Origin: Candidatus Saccharimonadales bacterium
GTDB taxonomy: Bacteria > Patescibacteriota > Saccharimonadia > Saccharimonadales > JAYRRP01
Assembly: GCA_041906765.1 (NCBI GenBank)
Contig: JAYRIP010000004.1
Span: 270 to 64,269, forward strand
Direction: 5' to 3'
Length of the DNA: 64,000 bases
The notes under the pieces: generated by a model
What the model was told of the DNA's origin: nothing
What the model saw: the letters and a program-made list of their open reading frames with translations, nothing else
Database searches by the model: none
Position numbers and translations under genes: made by a program
Part shown: piece after piece, positions 8,468 to 17,276 of the stretch
How the letters are laid out: every line of letters starts with the position of its first letter
Numbering within the stretch: the first letter of the stretch is position 1

Positions 8468-8641
8468 ATGAAAGCGCACACGATAGTAATGATTGTTCTG
8501 GCAGCTGTGGGCGTGATGATGATCGCCTTTGCCTCAACGCTAAAGGTTAGCGTTGGTTTCGGCTTGCTGTTTCTGATTTGTCCGCTGATGATGCTCGGCA
8601 TGATGGCAATGATGGGTGGTGATAAACACGACCACAGCTAA
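8468..8641 (+). CDS. Small Met-rich membrane protein (DUF2933-like)
   Basis: Hand-translated 57 aa: MKAHTIVMIVLAAVGVMMIAFASTLKVSVGFGLLFLICPLMMLGMMAMMGGDKHDHS*. SD AGGGGG lies upstream. The CPLMM motif and His tail are typical of small proteins in metal-resistance loci. Below the ORF-track cutoff. Confidence 0.6.
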   Translation: MKAHTIVMIVLAAVGVMMIAFASTLKVSVGFGLLFLICPLMMLGMMAMMGGDKHDHS

Positions 8642-8661
8642 TGACATGAGGCAGTTAAGTC

Positions 8662-9813
8662 ATGCTTGAAGCAATCTGGCACGCTCTCTCAACGTCTTTC
8701 GCTATGGGCTGGGAAATCCTGTGGCCGTTAATCTTGGGCTTTGCTCTGTCGGGGATTATTCAAGCTGTCGTATCGCACCGCCAGATGAGCAAACTACTCC
8801 CTGACGATAAACCGAAGACACTGGCTATTGCCACGGGTCTAGGGGCAGCTTCATCGTCCTGCTCTTACGCTGCCGTTGCCCTGGCTCGTTCCCTGGTGAA
8901 GAAAGGAGCTAATTTTACGTCTGCGATGGCATTTGAGATTGCCAGTACCAACCTGGTAATTGAAATAGGGATTATTATGATTGTTCTACTCGGCTGGCAG
9001 TTTACGTTGGCTGAGTTCCTTGGTGGGCCGCTTATGATAGTTCTGCTGGCAATCTTACTTCGCCGCTTCTTGACACCAAAACTGGTTGCAGCGGCGACCA
9101 GACAAGCCCAGAGAGGATTGTCAGGCAAAATGGAAGGCCATGCCACCATGGACGATATGTCCGTCAAGGGCAACACTTCATTTTGGCAAAAACTACGGTC
9201 GCCAGAAGGGATAACCGCTACCAGCCACTTTTACGTCATGGACTGGGTATCAGTCTGGAAAGACCTGGCAATTGGACTATTGCTGGCAGGTGCGATTGCC
9301 GCTTGGGTTCCAGCTGGTTTCTTTGAGAAGTTGTTCTTGACATCACACCCCCTGCTATCGGCTCTCTGGGGGCCCCTTATCGGGCCGTTTATTGCAGTTA
9401 TCTCCTTCGTTTGTAGCGTCGGTAACATACCATTGGCAGCAGTACTATGGAATGGCGGTATAAGCTTTGGTGGCGTTATCAGCTTTATCTTTGCTGACCT
9501 GATTGTGTTCCCGATACTGCGTATTTACAAGAAATACTACGGCATGAAAATGGCCACGGTGTTATTTGCTACCTTTTACGCATCAATGGCTGGTGCTGGC
9601 TATTTAGTGGAGCTGCTATTCTGGCTCACTGGTATCACGCCGACCGCTCGCAATTTACAAATCCTTGAACCAGGTATCACACTAAATTACACCAGTGTCC
9701 TGAATATCTTATTCCTGGTGATTTCTACTGCTCTGGTATGGCGGTTCTTGCGAACTGGTGGGCCTCACATGCTTAAGATGATGAGTGGCGAAGCTAGGCA
9801 ACACTCCCATTAG
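8662..9813 (+). CDS. Predicted permease (UPF0718/ArsP-type)
   Basis: 383 aa and polytopic. N-terminal pattern WEILWPLILGFALSGIIQA...GLGAASSSCSYAAVALARSL resembles the ArsP/YraQ permease family. Confidence 0.75.
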   Translation: MLEAIWHALSTSFAMGWEILWPLILGFALSGIIQAVVSHRQMSKLLPDDKPKTLAIATGLGAASSSCSYAAVALARSLVKKGANFTSAMAFEIASTNLVIEIGIIMIVLLGWQFTLAEFLGGPLMIVLLAILLRRFLTPKLVAAATRQAQRGLSGKMEGHATMDDMSVKGNTSFWQKLRSPEGITATSHFYVMDWVSVWKDLAIGLLLAGAIAAWVPAGFFEKLFLTSHPLLSALWGPLIGPFIAVISFVCSVGNIPLAAVLWNGGISFGGVISFIFADLIVFPILRIYKKYYGMKMATVLFATFYASMAGAGYLVELLFWLTGITPTARNLQILEPGITLNYTSVLNILFLVISTALVWRFLRTGGPHMLKMMSGEARQHSH

Positions 9814-9820
9814 TCACAAA

Positions 9821-10705
9821 TCAGTTACTGACATGCAGCTGTTTCAATATCCGGCATATTGCCAAAGATAGCCATAAGCCGCTGTCATAACCAGCATTTT
9901 TCAGAATTTTGAGATGCCACAGCCCGTCCGGTGACTGGTTATCTGCAAACCATTGTATGGCTTTACACATCCGTGGCTCGTTTTCAGAAAACCCTAACAG
10001 CGACAGACTATCCATGGCGGATATGAGATCAGTAAACCAGAACGGAAAGGTGAACCTGAGCCAGAAATCAGGCGCGCTTCTATCTGGATAGCTGTCTTTC
10101 TTAAACAGGCTGGAGAGCAGCAGCTTGCCAGCAGCTTGCGCTTCAGCAGTTTGCCTGAATGCCGGGTGCGCTGCATATGCCCGCAGGACTATTCCTGTCA
10201 CCATATGCGAAAACGGCCTGGTCCGGTCCGGCTCAATCGTGGCTGTGTTCATGGCAATAACATCGAGTTTACTGTTATGTGTTCTGAGCGGAATAGTCCA
10301 GCCGCCGTCATGTTGCCTGATATATGCCAGCCACCCGAAGGCTTTCCTGATACGCGGATCATCACCATATCCGGCTTTGATGAGCAGTTCCATCATGGCA
10401 GCGGTATAGTACGGCGTATACTGATTCCCAAGTATGCCGCGTATATCGCCACTGCTAGTTTGAAAGCTGAAGAGCCACTCAGCTGCTTTTTGTATGGCAG
10501 GACTTCGCTTATCGAAGGCATACATTTCAACCAGATAACCGAGGTTGCGAAAGGTCTCGAGCTGGTTATAGTTTTCAGTAGTGCGTATCTTTTTATTGCC
10601 ACCCGGGTAAAGCCATGAGCCATCCGGCTGCTGTTTGCGCATTGTCTTCACTCCGCCAGGTAAATTCCAAAGAACCTCTGTGTTCATGTCGGGTTTTTCA
10701 AGCAA
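9821..10705 (-). CDS. Prenyltransferase/squalene-oxidase-repeat (alpha/alpha toroid) protein, paralog A; true start unresolved
   Basis: QW-like repeats (QQPDGSWLYP, RQHDGGWTIP, NQSPDGLWH). Roughly 65-70% identical by eye to 18766..19746. Homology continues upstream through 10706-10792, where no ATG/GTG/TTG exists. The track start at 10705 is a TTG. Confidence 0.75.
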   Translation of the reverse strand: MLEKPDMNTEVLWNLPGGVKTMRKQQPDGSWLYPGGNKKIRTTENYNQLETFRNLGYLVEMYAFDKRSPAIQKAAEWLFSFQTSSGDIRGILGNQYTPYYTAAMMELLIKAGYGDDPRIRKAFGWLAYIRQHDGGWTIPLRTHNSKLDVIAMNTATIEPDRTRPFSHMVTGIVLRAYAAHPAFRQTAEAQAAGKLLLSSLFKKDSYPDRSAPDFWLRFTFPFWFTDLISAMDSLSLLGFSENEPRMCKAIQWFADNQSPDGLWHLKILKNAGYDSGLWLSLAICRILKQLHVSN

Positions 10706-10792
10706 ATCGCGTTTGACGAAAAATGCAACAGCCTCATCCCCAGAAGCCAGTAATGGCTTTATTGGATCAAAACGTAAAACTTCCCCTGCCAG

Positions 10793-11326
10793 TTAGTCAT
10801 GGCCGAGCTCTTTCAACAACCTTGCGGCTCGCTTGGCGACCGTTTTTGAGTGATGATCCTGCTGTAGTCGAAGCAGAGGAGTAACCTCGTTTGATTCTAC
10901 GTTACCTTCACGGACAAATTTAGCCAGCGTTTCCATTGAATTGCTGGTTACAATCCAGTCCGCGTCCTTATTCTTAAGGTAACTTTTCAACAATGCAGCC
11001 GCTCGTTTGATTTCCGTCGGTGTCAACGAAATTTCACCAAGCATTTGCGCCAGGTGCCACTGCACCGAAGCCTGCTGTACACTGGCCACCTCGCTTAACA
11101 GGCGGTCAACATATGGTTGGAGCCAGTCAGGATGCTCACGGCAGACTTTTTCAAGTGCATCACCAGCCCGCATACGCACCCATTCATCGGATTCGAACAG
11201 GCAGTTATATAGCTCGTCCAGTTGGGATTTATCTTTTAGAACCAGCTCAATAACTTCACTAACGCGCCCCAGTGAATTGGATTTACCGCCTACTGCCAGC
11301 ATTTCAGTGAATGTTTCAGCCATCAT
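10793..11326 (-). CDS. HEAT/ARM-like repeat protein (DNA alkylation repair enzyme-like family)
   Basis: Helical-repeat pattern with W.RMRAGDALEKV and DWIV.SN. Start set at the ATGATG (MMAETF). The longer track ORF would overlap the divergent promoter region. Confidence 0.6.
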   Translation of the reverse strand: MMAETFTEMLAVGGKSNSLGRVSEVIELVLKDKSQLDELYNCLFESDEWVRMRAGDALEKVCREHPDWLQPYVDRLLSEVASVQQASVQWHLAQMLGEISLTPTEIKRAAALLKSYLKNKDADWIVTSNSMETLAKFVREGNVESNEVTPLLRLQQDHHSKTVAKRAARLLKELGHD

Positions 11327-11396
11327 TATGCATATTATATGCCTGTCAACCATATGCCCTAAAATAGTAAGAGCGGATAAGTTGAAGGAGGAATAC

Positions 11397-12074
11397 ATGA
11401 AAATAGCAGTCTTAGGAACCGGCGTGGTTGGTAAAGCTCACGCCGCCAAGCTGGCTAAGCTTGGCCATGACGTAGTTATGGGTACCCAAAACACCGAACA
11501 AACCTTAGCCAAAACAGATAAGGATTACGCTGGCAATCCGCCGGTAGCCGAGTGGTTGGAAGCTCATGACAAAGTCGTGTTAAAGACGTTTGCCGAAGCT
11601 GCCAAGCACGGTGAAATAATCGTCAACGCTCTGTCCGGGCAGGTAGCAGTTGCGGCACTTAAAAAGCTGGAAGACGTAATAAGTAGTAAAGTACTCATAG
11701 ACATAACCAATCCGTTGGATTTCAGCCAGGGAATGCCGCCATCGTTGTTTGTCAGCAATACTGATTCGTTGGGCGAACAGATTCAACAAGCACTACCAAA
11801 AGCTAAGGTCGTCAAAGCTTTTAATACTATGAATGCGAATATCCAGGTTGATCCCAAGAGCCTCGCCGGTGGCGATCACCACATATTTATCTGCGGTAAT
11901 GAAAAAGAGGCTAAAGACCAGGTCATCGAGTTAATGAAGGGTTACGGCTGGGAAAACATCATTGATCTTGGCGATATAACCTCATCGCGCGGTACTGAAA
12001 TGTTCCTGCCGCTCTGGCTGCGGCTGATGGGTATACTTGGAACGCCGCAGTTTAATATTAAAATTGCAAAATAG
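11397..12074 (+). CDS. NADP oxidoreductase, coenzyme F420-dependent-type (Rossmann) family
   Basis: MKIAVLGTGVVGKAHAAKLAKLGHDV is a GxGxxG motif. SD AAGGAGG sits 6 nt upstream of ATG 11397. The upstream part of the track ORF (from 11007) is antisense to the neighbouring gene. Confidence 0.8.
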   Translation: MKIAVLGTGVVGKAHAAKLAKLGHDVVMGTQNTEQTLAKTDKDYAGNPPVAEWLEAHDKVVLKTFAEAAKHGEIIVNALSGQVAVAALKKLEDVISSKVLIDITNPLDFSQGMPPSLFVSNTDSLGEQIQQALPKAKVVKAFNTMNANIQVDPKSLAGGDHHIFICGNEKEAKDQVIELMKGYGWENIIDLGDITSSRGTEMFLPLWLRLMGILGTPQFNIKIAK

Positions 12075-12388
12075 CTTCTCTCGAAAGACTATAGGGTTTA
12101 TTCCTCGGTTTTAGAATAGTAAGCGCTACAAGTGTGGCATTTGTTCGGTTATGCGATACGCATAACATAAGCCGGACCAATCATCCACTTTTCGGACACT
12201 GCTTTTTTATAATGTCCTATTTTGTCCTATTACCTCTGTCCAGGGGTACCAGACCCACATGCTCAGCCAATGAAGATGCGGCTTTTGGTCGGTACTCTTT
12301 TTGGACGAGTCATTAAAATAGGCACCCAAATATAGTAAAACAATCCAAACATGTTGACATCATTGAGTGTTCATGGTTTATTCAGTTT

Positions 12389-13747
12389 ATGGAAGTGGAT
12401 CCTATGGTGCCCGAAGTCAGGCGAGTGTTCGGAGCAGAAATTGGTTTTGGTTTGCACGCCGAGATTAATGGCAAAGTACTCTCTGCTACGTCCTATGACG
12501 ACAATAACCCCCTTAAAGACTCATACACGCTGCACAAAGCATGGGGCGCACGGAAAGAAGATATATTAGAACAAATAAAAATACCGGGGCATAATGATAA
12601 GGGTTTCTTGAGCAACGGCGCACGTTTTTACATTGACCAGCTTGTTACTCCTGAATATTGTACGCCCGAGGTTTCTTCGGCTGAACACTTAGTGTTATAT
12701 GAACTATCGGCTGAGAAGTTTATGTTGAATGTCCTTAGAGCCTTAAAAGAAACAAAAGTTATCGATAAATATTACCTAAATAAAAGAACGACCGATCAGC
12801 TTGGGAATTCTTGGGGTTATCACGAAAATATACTATCGAATGTACCGGTGAGCAAACAAAACATCGATTTAATAGCTGCGTTTAATGTGACAAGAGCAAT
12901 CTACACCGGTGCCGGCGGTCTCGTAAAATCTAGCAAAGATGAATTTCAGTATGTCACTTCACCAAGATTATATGTTTCTCGTTGCCTATCTCAACCTTCG
13001 CGTACTGGCGTAAATAAGCCTATAGTTTGCGAAGACAACACTAATTTTGAAAATACTCATTACCGTATGCACCAAGTGAGTTCTGATGCCACCTTGTCAC
13101 CATGGTCAATACGGATGAAACATGCCACAAATTCATTGCTGGTAAAAGCCCTGGAGTCGGGTCAAGATTTCTCTGTATTCCATATTGAGGAGCCGATAGA
13201 AGCCGCAGCGACAATTGTCGGTGATCTGGCATTAAAAAGTGTTATTGAGCTAAAAAATGGCATAAAGATCAAGCCCCACGAATGGCAGACGGAGTTTGCT
13301 GATGAGTTGAGCATGTACTTTGAGACTGACGAATTTACTAAGGATGAACAGTGGGCCCTGGACCAAATTTATGAAGTCTGTGATGACCTGGCATGCGATC
13401 CATTACTGGCAGCAAACAGGGTAGAATGGGTCGCCCGTCGTGAATATTTGAGAGAAGTGCGTGACAGATTATCTGATTCGAATAATACCCTGCGAAACGC
13501 AGACTACACCTGGGATTCATTGAATAGACAAGGTGTTGCCGTGGCCAAACGGAAAAATGGCTGGGGATGGCACGGTTTCAAAAATAAACCCACCGACAAA
13601 GACATAAACCACGCCATGCTGAACCCGCCGCAAAACACCAGAGCAGCATACAGGGCTAAACTGATAAGAGAAGATGAGGCTTCGTCTGTATTTGATTGGC
13701 ATATCGTTGGGGAAGAGAATAACTATATTCCGCCATTCAGCAAATAA
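12389..13747 (+). CDS. Divergent Pup ligase/deamidase (PafA/Dop) family carboxylate-amine ligase homolog
   Basis: Family blocks run along the full length: RVFGAEIGFG, FLSNGARFYIDQLVTPEYCTPE, GNSWGYHENIL, VTRAIYTGAGG, EWVARREYL and PPQNTRAAYRAKLI. Alternative start at ATG 12404. Confidence 0.75.
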   Translation: MEVDPMVPEVRRVFGAEIGFGLHAEINGKVLSATSYDDNNPLKDSYTLHKAWGARKEDILEQIKIPGHNDKGFLSNGARFYIDQLVTPEYCTPEVSSAEHLVLYELSAEKFMLNVLRALKETKVIDKYYLNKRTTDQLGNSWGYHENILSNVPVSKQNIDLIAAFNVTRAIYTGAGGLVKSSKDEFQYVTSPRLYVSRCLSQPSRTGVNKPIVCEDNTNFENTHYRMHQVSSDATLSPWSIRMKHATNSLLVKALESGQDFSVFHIEEPIEAAATIVGDLALKSVIELKNGIKIKPHEWQTEFADELSMYFETDEFTKDEQWALDQIYEVCDDLACDPLLAANRVEWVARREYLREVRDRLSDSNNTLRNADYTWDSLNRQGVAVAKRKNGWGWHGFKNKPTDKDINHAMLNPPQNTRAAYRAKLIREDEASSVFDWHIVGEENNYIPPFSK

Positions 13748-13927
13748 GATAAATGTGTTATAGCCAATTGCCGTAACATTGAGGGGCCTTTTGGTAGCGT
13801 TTGTCAATATATGCGGAATTTGTTGCTGGTTTATCAACTACCTCATACTTGCCGAGTAGCTAAAACTATACGATACTGGACTCATTCAATGAGTGGTGGT
13901 GGCTCCTGAACTTAAAAAGGAGGAAGT

Positions 13928-15598
13928 ATGAGCGAAATAACAGGTAATGCCCTAATCTCTGCATACGATAAAACCGGCATTGTAGAATTTGCTGATGGTC
14001 TCGCAGAACAGGGCTGGCAAATATACGCTTCTGGAGGAACTGCCAGAAAAATTGGAGAGGCTGGAATCGGGGTTAACGACGTCTCTGAGCTTGTTGGTGG
14101 TGAGGCTATTCTAGGACATCGAGTGGTCACTCTATCGCGGGAAGTTTACGCTGGCCTCTTAGCAGATCAGAGTAAAGCCGAGGACATGGAAGAATTATCA
14201 AGACTTGGTATTCCATTGATTGGTTTAGCGTGTGTCGATATGTATCCTCTTGAAGCAGAAATTGCAAAGCCCGGCGCGACTACAAAAGATGTAATTGAGC
14301 AGACCGATATTGGAGGTCCAACTCTACTTAGAGCAGCAGCGAAGGGGAGACGCATAGTTTTATCTGCTGCCGAGCAACGTCAACCTGTACTGGATTGGCT
14401 CAGTCAAGGCAAACCCGATGAGGAAGCCTTCCTTGAAGAACTGGCAGCGCGGGCAGAATACGAGGTTACACGCTATACCTTAACCCTCGCAAAGTATTTA
14501 GGCGGTACCGGTGTAAGCGGTTCTATAGCGCGACTTAACTCTAGGACAAAATACGGAGAAAATCCTCAGCAGGAAAAAGCAGGATTTTATGCTGACAATC
14601 GAGTAAACACTGATCCCCTCGGTCTTGATCAATTTACTCATGTTCAGGGTATGGAACGAAGCTACGTCAATATGACGGACATTGATCGACTATTACAGAC
14701 TTCAACCCATATTGCCGCAGGTTTTGAGCGTAATTTCGGTGAAGTGCCTCCAATGGCCGTTGGTGTGAAGCACGGTAATGCTTGTGGTGCAGCGGTGGCC
14801 GAGACACTTGTAGAAGCCGTAGGGAAAATGATTGAAGGTGACACGCGAGCTATTTTTGGTGGTGTGGTCATGCTCAACGGTGTCATTGATAAAGACGTGG
14901 CTGAGACGCTTATGAAACACATAATGGAGGGCGAAAGCTCGCGTTTACTTGACGGCGTAGTAGGTTCTGGTGTTACCGACGAGGCACTTGAATTGTTAAG
15001 CCGTAAGAAATTGCGTGTCGTTATTAACCCAGCTTTAGCGAACCTAAATGAAGCTTCATTAGATGCGACACGTCGCGTGAGACCAGTTCGTGGAGGTAAT
15101 CTTGAACAGCCAAACTATTCATTCGTCCAAGATCTATCAGCTGAATATATGCAGCAACACGGCGAACTTATCGAGCAACAGAAACGAGACATGATTCTGG
15201 CTTGGGCAGTTGGCAGCACGAGCAATAGCAATACTATTACGTTAGTAAAAGAGGGTAAACTCCTCGGCAACGGTGTAGGCCAGCAGGATCGCGTTGGGGC
15301 GGGCCAACTAGCTATTACCAGAACGACTATTGAAATGCCTACCATAGCCGACCAAGGAGACCATCTGGTAGTGAGTACGCACCTAAACAAGCAAAAGCTT
15401 GAAGGCGCCGTTGCATATAGTGATAGCTTCTTTCCTTTTCCTGATGGACCAGCGTTATTAGCTGAGGCAGGCGTGAAGGCAATTTTAACCTCTAGTGGAT
15501 CTATCGCTGATGAAAAGGTGATTAAAACCCTCACTGATGCAGGAGTTAGCGTAGTGATGGTACCCGATAAAGTTGGACGCGGCTTTTATTCTCACTAA
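13928..15598 (+). CDS. purH: Bifunctional AICAR transformylase / IMP cyclohydrolase
   Basis: N-terminal MGS-like domain (ALISAYDKTGIVEFA...ASGGTA) followed by an AICARFT domain. SD AAGGAGG upstream. Confidence 0.92.
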   Translation: MSEITGNALISAYDKTGIVEFADGLAEQGWQIYASGGTARKIGEAGIGVNDVSELVGGEAILGHRVVTLSREVYAGLLADQSKAEDMEELSRLGIPLIGLACVDMYPLEAEIAKPGATTKDVIEQTDIGGPTLLRAAAKGRRIVLSAAEQRQPVLDWLSQGKPDEEAFLEELAARAEYEVTRYTLTLAKYLGGTGVSGSIARLNSRTKYGENPQQEKAGFYADNRVNTDPLGLDQFTHVQGMERSYVNMTDIDRLLQTSTHIAAGFERNFGEVPPMAVGVKHGNACGAAVAETLVEAVGKMIEGDTRAIFGGVVMLNGVIDKDVAETLMKHIMEGESSRLLDGVVGSGVTDEALELLSRKKLRVVINPALANLNEASLDATRRVRPVRGGNLEQPNYSFVQDLSAEYMQQHGELIEQQKRDMILAWAVGSTSNSNTITLVKEGKLLGNGVGQQDRVGAGQLAITRTTIEMPTIADQGDHLVVSTHLNKQKLEGAVAYSDSFFPFPDGPALLAEAGVKAILTSSGSIADEKVIKTLTDAGVSVVMVPDKVGRGFYSH

Positions 15599-15726
15599 AA
15601 TAAACAGGCCGAATAATTGACCTGGCACCTGAACCGTCTAAAGATTCGTCTATTCAATCTTGCTTATGCTTGGTAATTGCCGATTGGCAGGGGATAATTA
15701 CTTACATCTAATCGGAGAACCCGTGC

Positions 15727-17175
15727 ATGGCAAACCTTGAATACATGGGTGAAGCAGTCCCACCAGCTAATATTTTGGCAGCACGTTATGCAAGCCCTGA
15801 AATAGTGACCCTCTTTTCTAGCCAAGCGCAAGTTTTCATGGAACGCGGCCTCTGGATAGAAGTGATGCGAAAACAAGCTGAGCTCGGCTTGCCGATACCG
15901 GATGATGCAATTAATGATTACGAGACCATGCAAGATACTGTTGATCTGGCATCAATCCGCCGCCGCGAAGAAGTGACTCATCATGATGTGAAAGCTCGAA
16001 TTGAGGAATTTAACGCTCTGGCAGGTCATCAATATGTGCATACTGGTATGACATCCCGCGATGCAACCGAAAACGTCGAACAAATGCAGATCCTCAAGGG
16101 GCTTGAGATTATTTCTGACCGTACGATCTCGACACTAGGACGGTTTAGTTTGCGAGCTCTACAGTTTACTGAATTGCCCATGACAGGAAGATCGCATAAT
16201 GTTGCCGCACAGACCATTACGCTCGGCAAACGCTTTGCTAATTTTGGTGAAGAACTGCTGAATGGCCATGAAAGGTTACAAACTTTGCGGGATGGCTATC
16301 ACCTACGTGGTATTAAAGGTCCGGTCGGAACACAACAAGATATGCTTGATCTATTCGAAGGCGATGCCACAAAGGTAGCTGAGTTGGAGACCCATATTGC
16401 TGAGGAGTTAGGCTTTGATGGAACGCTTAATAGTGTTGGTCAAATTTATCCTCGGTCCATGGACTTTGATACGGTGACCGCACTCCGGCAACTCGTGTCT
16501 GGACCTTCTAACTTTGCTACCACGCTACGACTGATGGCAGGCCAAGAATTAGCTACAGAAGGATTTAAACCGGGTCAAGTTGGCTCTAGCGCTATGCCCC
16601 ATAAAATGAATGCTGCCAAGTCAGAACGCATCAACAGCTTGAAAGCTGTCTTGAGTGGCCATGTTGTTATGGCATCAGAGCTAGCTGGCAACCAGTGGAA
16701 TGAGGGTGATGTCAGCTGCTCGGCCGCGCGTAGAGTATTTGTGCCGGATTCATTCTTCGCCGCAGATGGCATATTGCAGACCACCATGGCAGTGCTTGAT
16801 GGCTTTGGTGCATATCCGGCAGTCATTGAAAAAGAATTAGAGCGTTATCTACCATTTCTCATCACTACGAAAGCATTGATGGCCGCTGTGAAGGCAGGAG
16901 CAGGTCGTGAGGATGCACATGAAGCCATCAAAGAACATGCAACAAACATTGCGCTAGAAATGCGCGAGGATGGTCTCACAGTGAATAATTTGATCGACCG
17001 TCTTGCCGAGGATCAACGCATGAATGTTTCTAAGGACACACTTGGAAACGCTATGACGCAACCACTAGAACTTACCGGTCTCGCAAAAACACAAATAGCG
17101 ACCTTTGCCGATAATGTTCAGAAACTTGTTAATCAAAAACCTGAACTTGCTGCATATAAACCAAGCGTCGTATAG
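15727..17175 (+). CDS. purB: Adenylosuccinate lyase
   Basis: Fumarate-lyase signature GSSAMPHKMN and the N-terminal RYASPE pattern. 482 aa. Confidence 0.93.
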   Translation: MANLEYMGEAVPPANILAARYASPEIVTLFSSQAQVFMERGLWIEVMRKQAELGLPIPDDAINDYETMQDTVDLASIRRREEVTHHDVKARIEEFNALAGHQYVHTGMTSRDATENVEQMQILKGLEIISDRTISTLGRFSLRALQFTELPMTGRSHNVAAQTITLGKRFANFGEELLNGHERLQTLRDGYHLRGIKGPVGTQQDMLDLFEGDATKVAELETHIAEELGFDGTLNSVGQIYPRSMDFDTVTALRQLVSGPSNFATTLRLMAGQELATEGFKPGQVGSSAMPHKMNAAKSERINSLKAVLSGHVVMASELAGNQWNEGDVSCSAARRVFVPDSFFAADGILQTTMAVLDGFGAYPAVIEKELERYLPFLITTKALMAAVKAGAGREDAHEAIKEHATNIALEMREDGLTVNNLIDRLAEDQRMNVSKDTLGNAMTQPLELTGLAKTQIATFADNVQKLVNQKPELAAYKPSVV

Positions 17176-17184
17176 AAATCTTAT

Positions 17185-17218
17185 AAAAGACTTCTTCGAG
17201 AGTCTTTTTTGTTTTTTT
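17185..17218 (+). terminator. Rho-independent terminator after purB
   Basis: AAAAGACT-tcttcgag-AGTCTTTT followed by TTGTTTTTTT. Confidence 0.7.
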
Positions 17219-17276
17219 ATTATTAGACTGCATAATAGTTTAGCTGGGTCTCAGTCTAAAAATTAATACCGGACGT

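Noticed and set aside
11007-11396. N-terminal 130-codon extension of the F420-type reductase ORF
   Set aside because: The extension is antisense to the HEAT-repeat gene, is Ser/Arg-rich, and lies upstream of a strong AAGGAGG-ATG start at 11397 that begins the Rossmann fold.
13889-13909. Tiny ORF MSGGGS* downstream of the PafA/Dop-like gene, considered as a Pup-like remnant
   Set aside because: It has only 6 codons, no C-terminal GGQ/GGE and no helical Pup-like body. It most likely falls by chance within the purH leader.
13748-13927. ZTP (pfl) riboswitch upstream of purH
   Set aside because: There is no GGGUCGUGAC-like pseudoknot strand and no CCGCCUGGGC 3' element in the leader.
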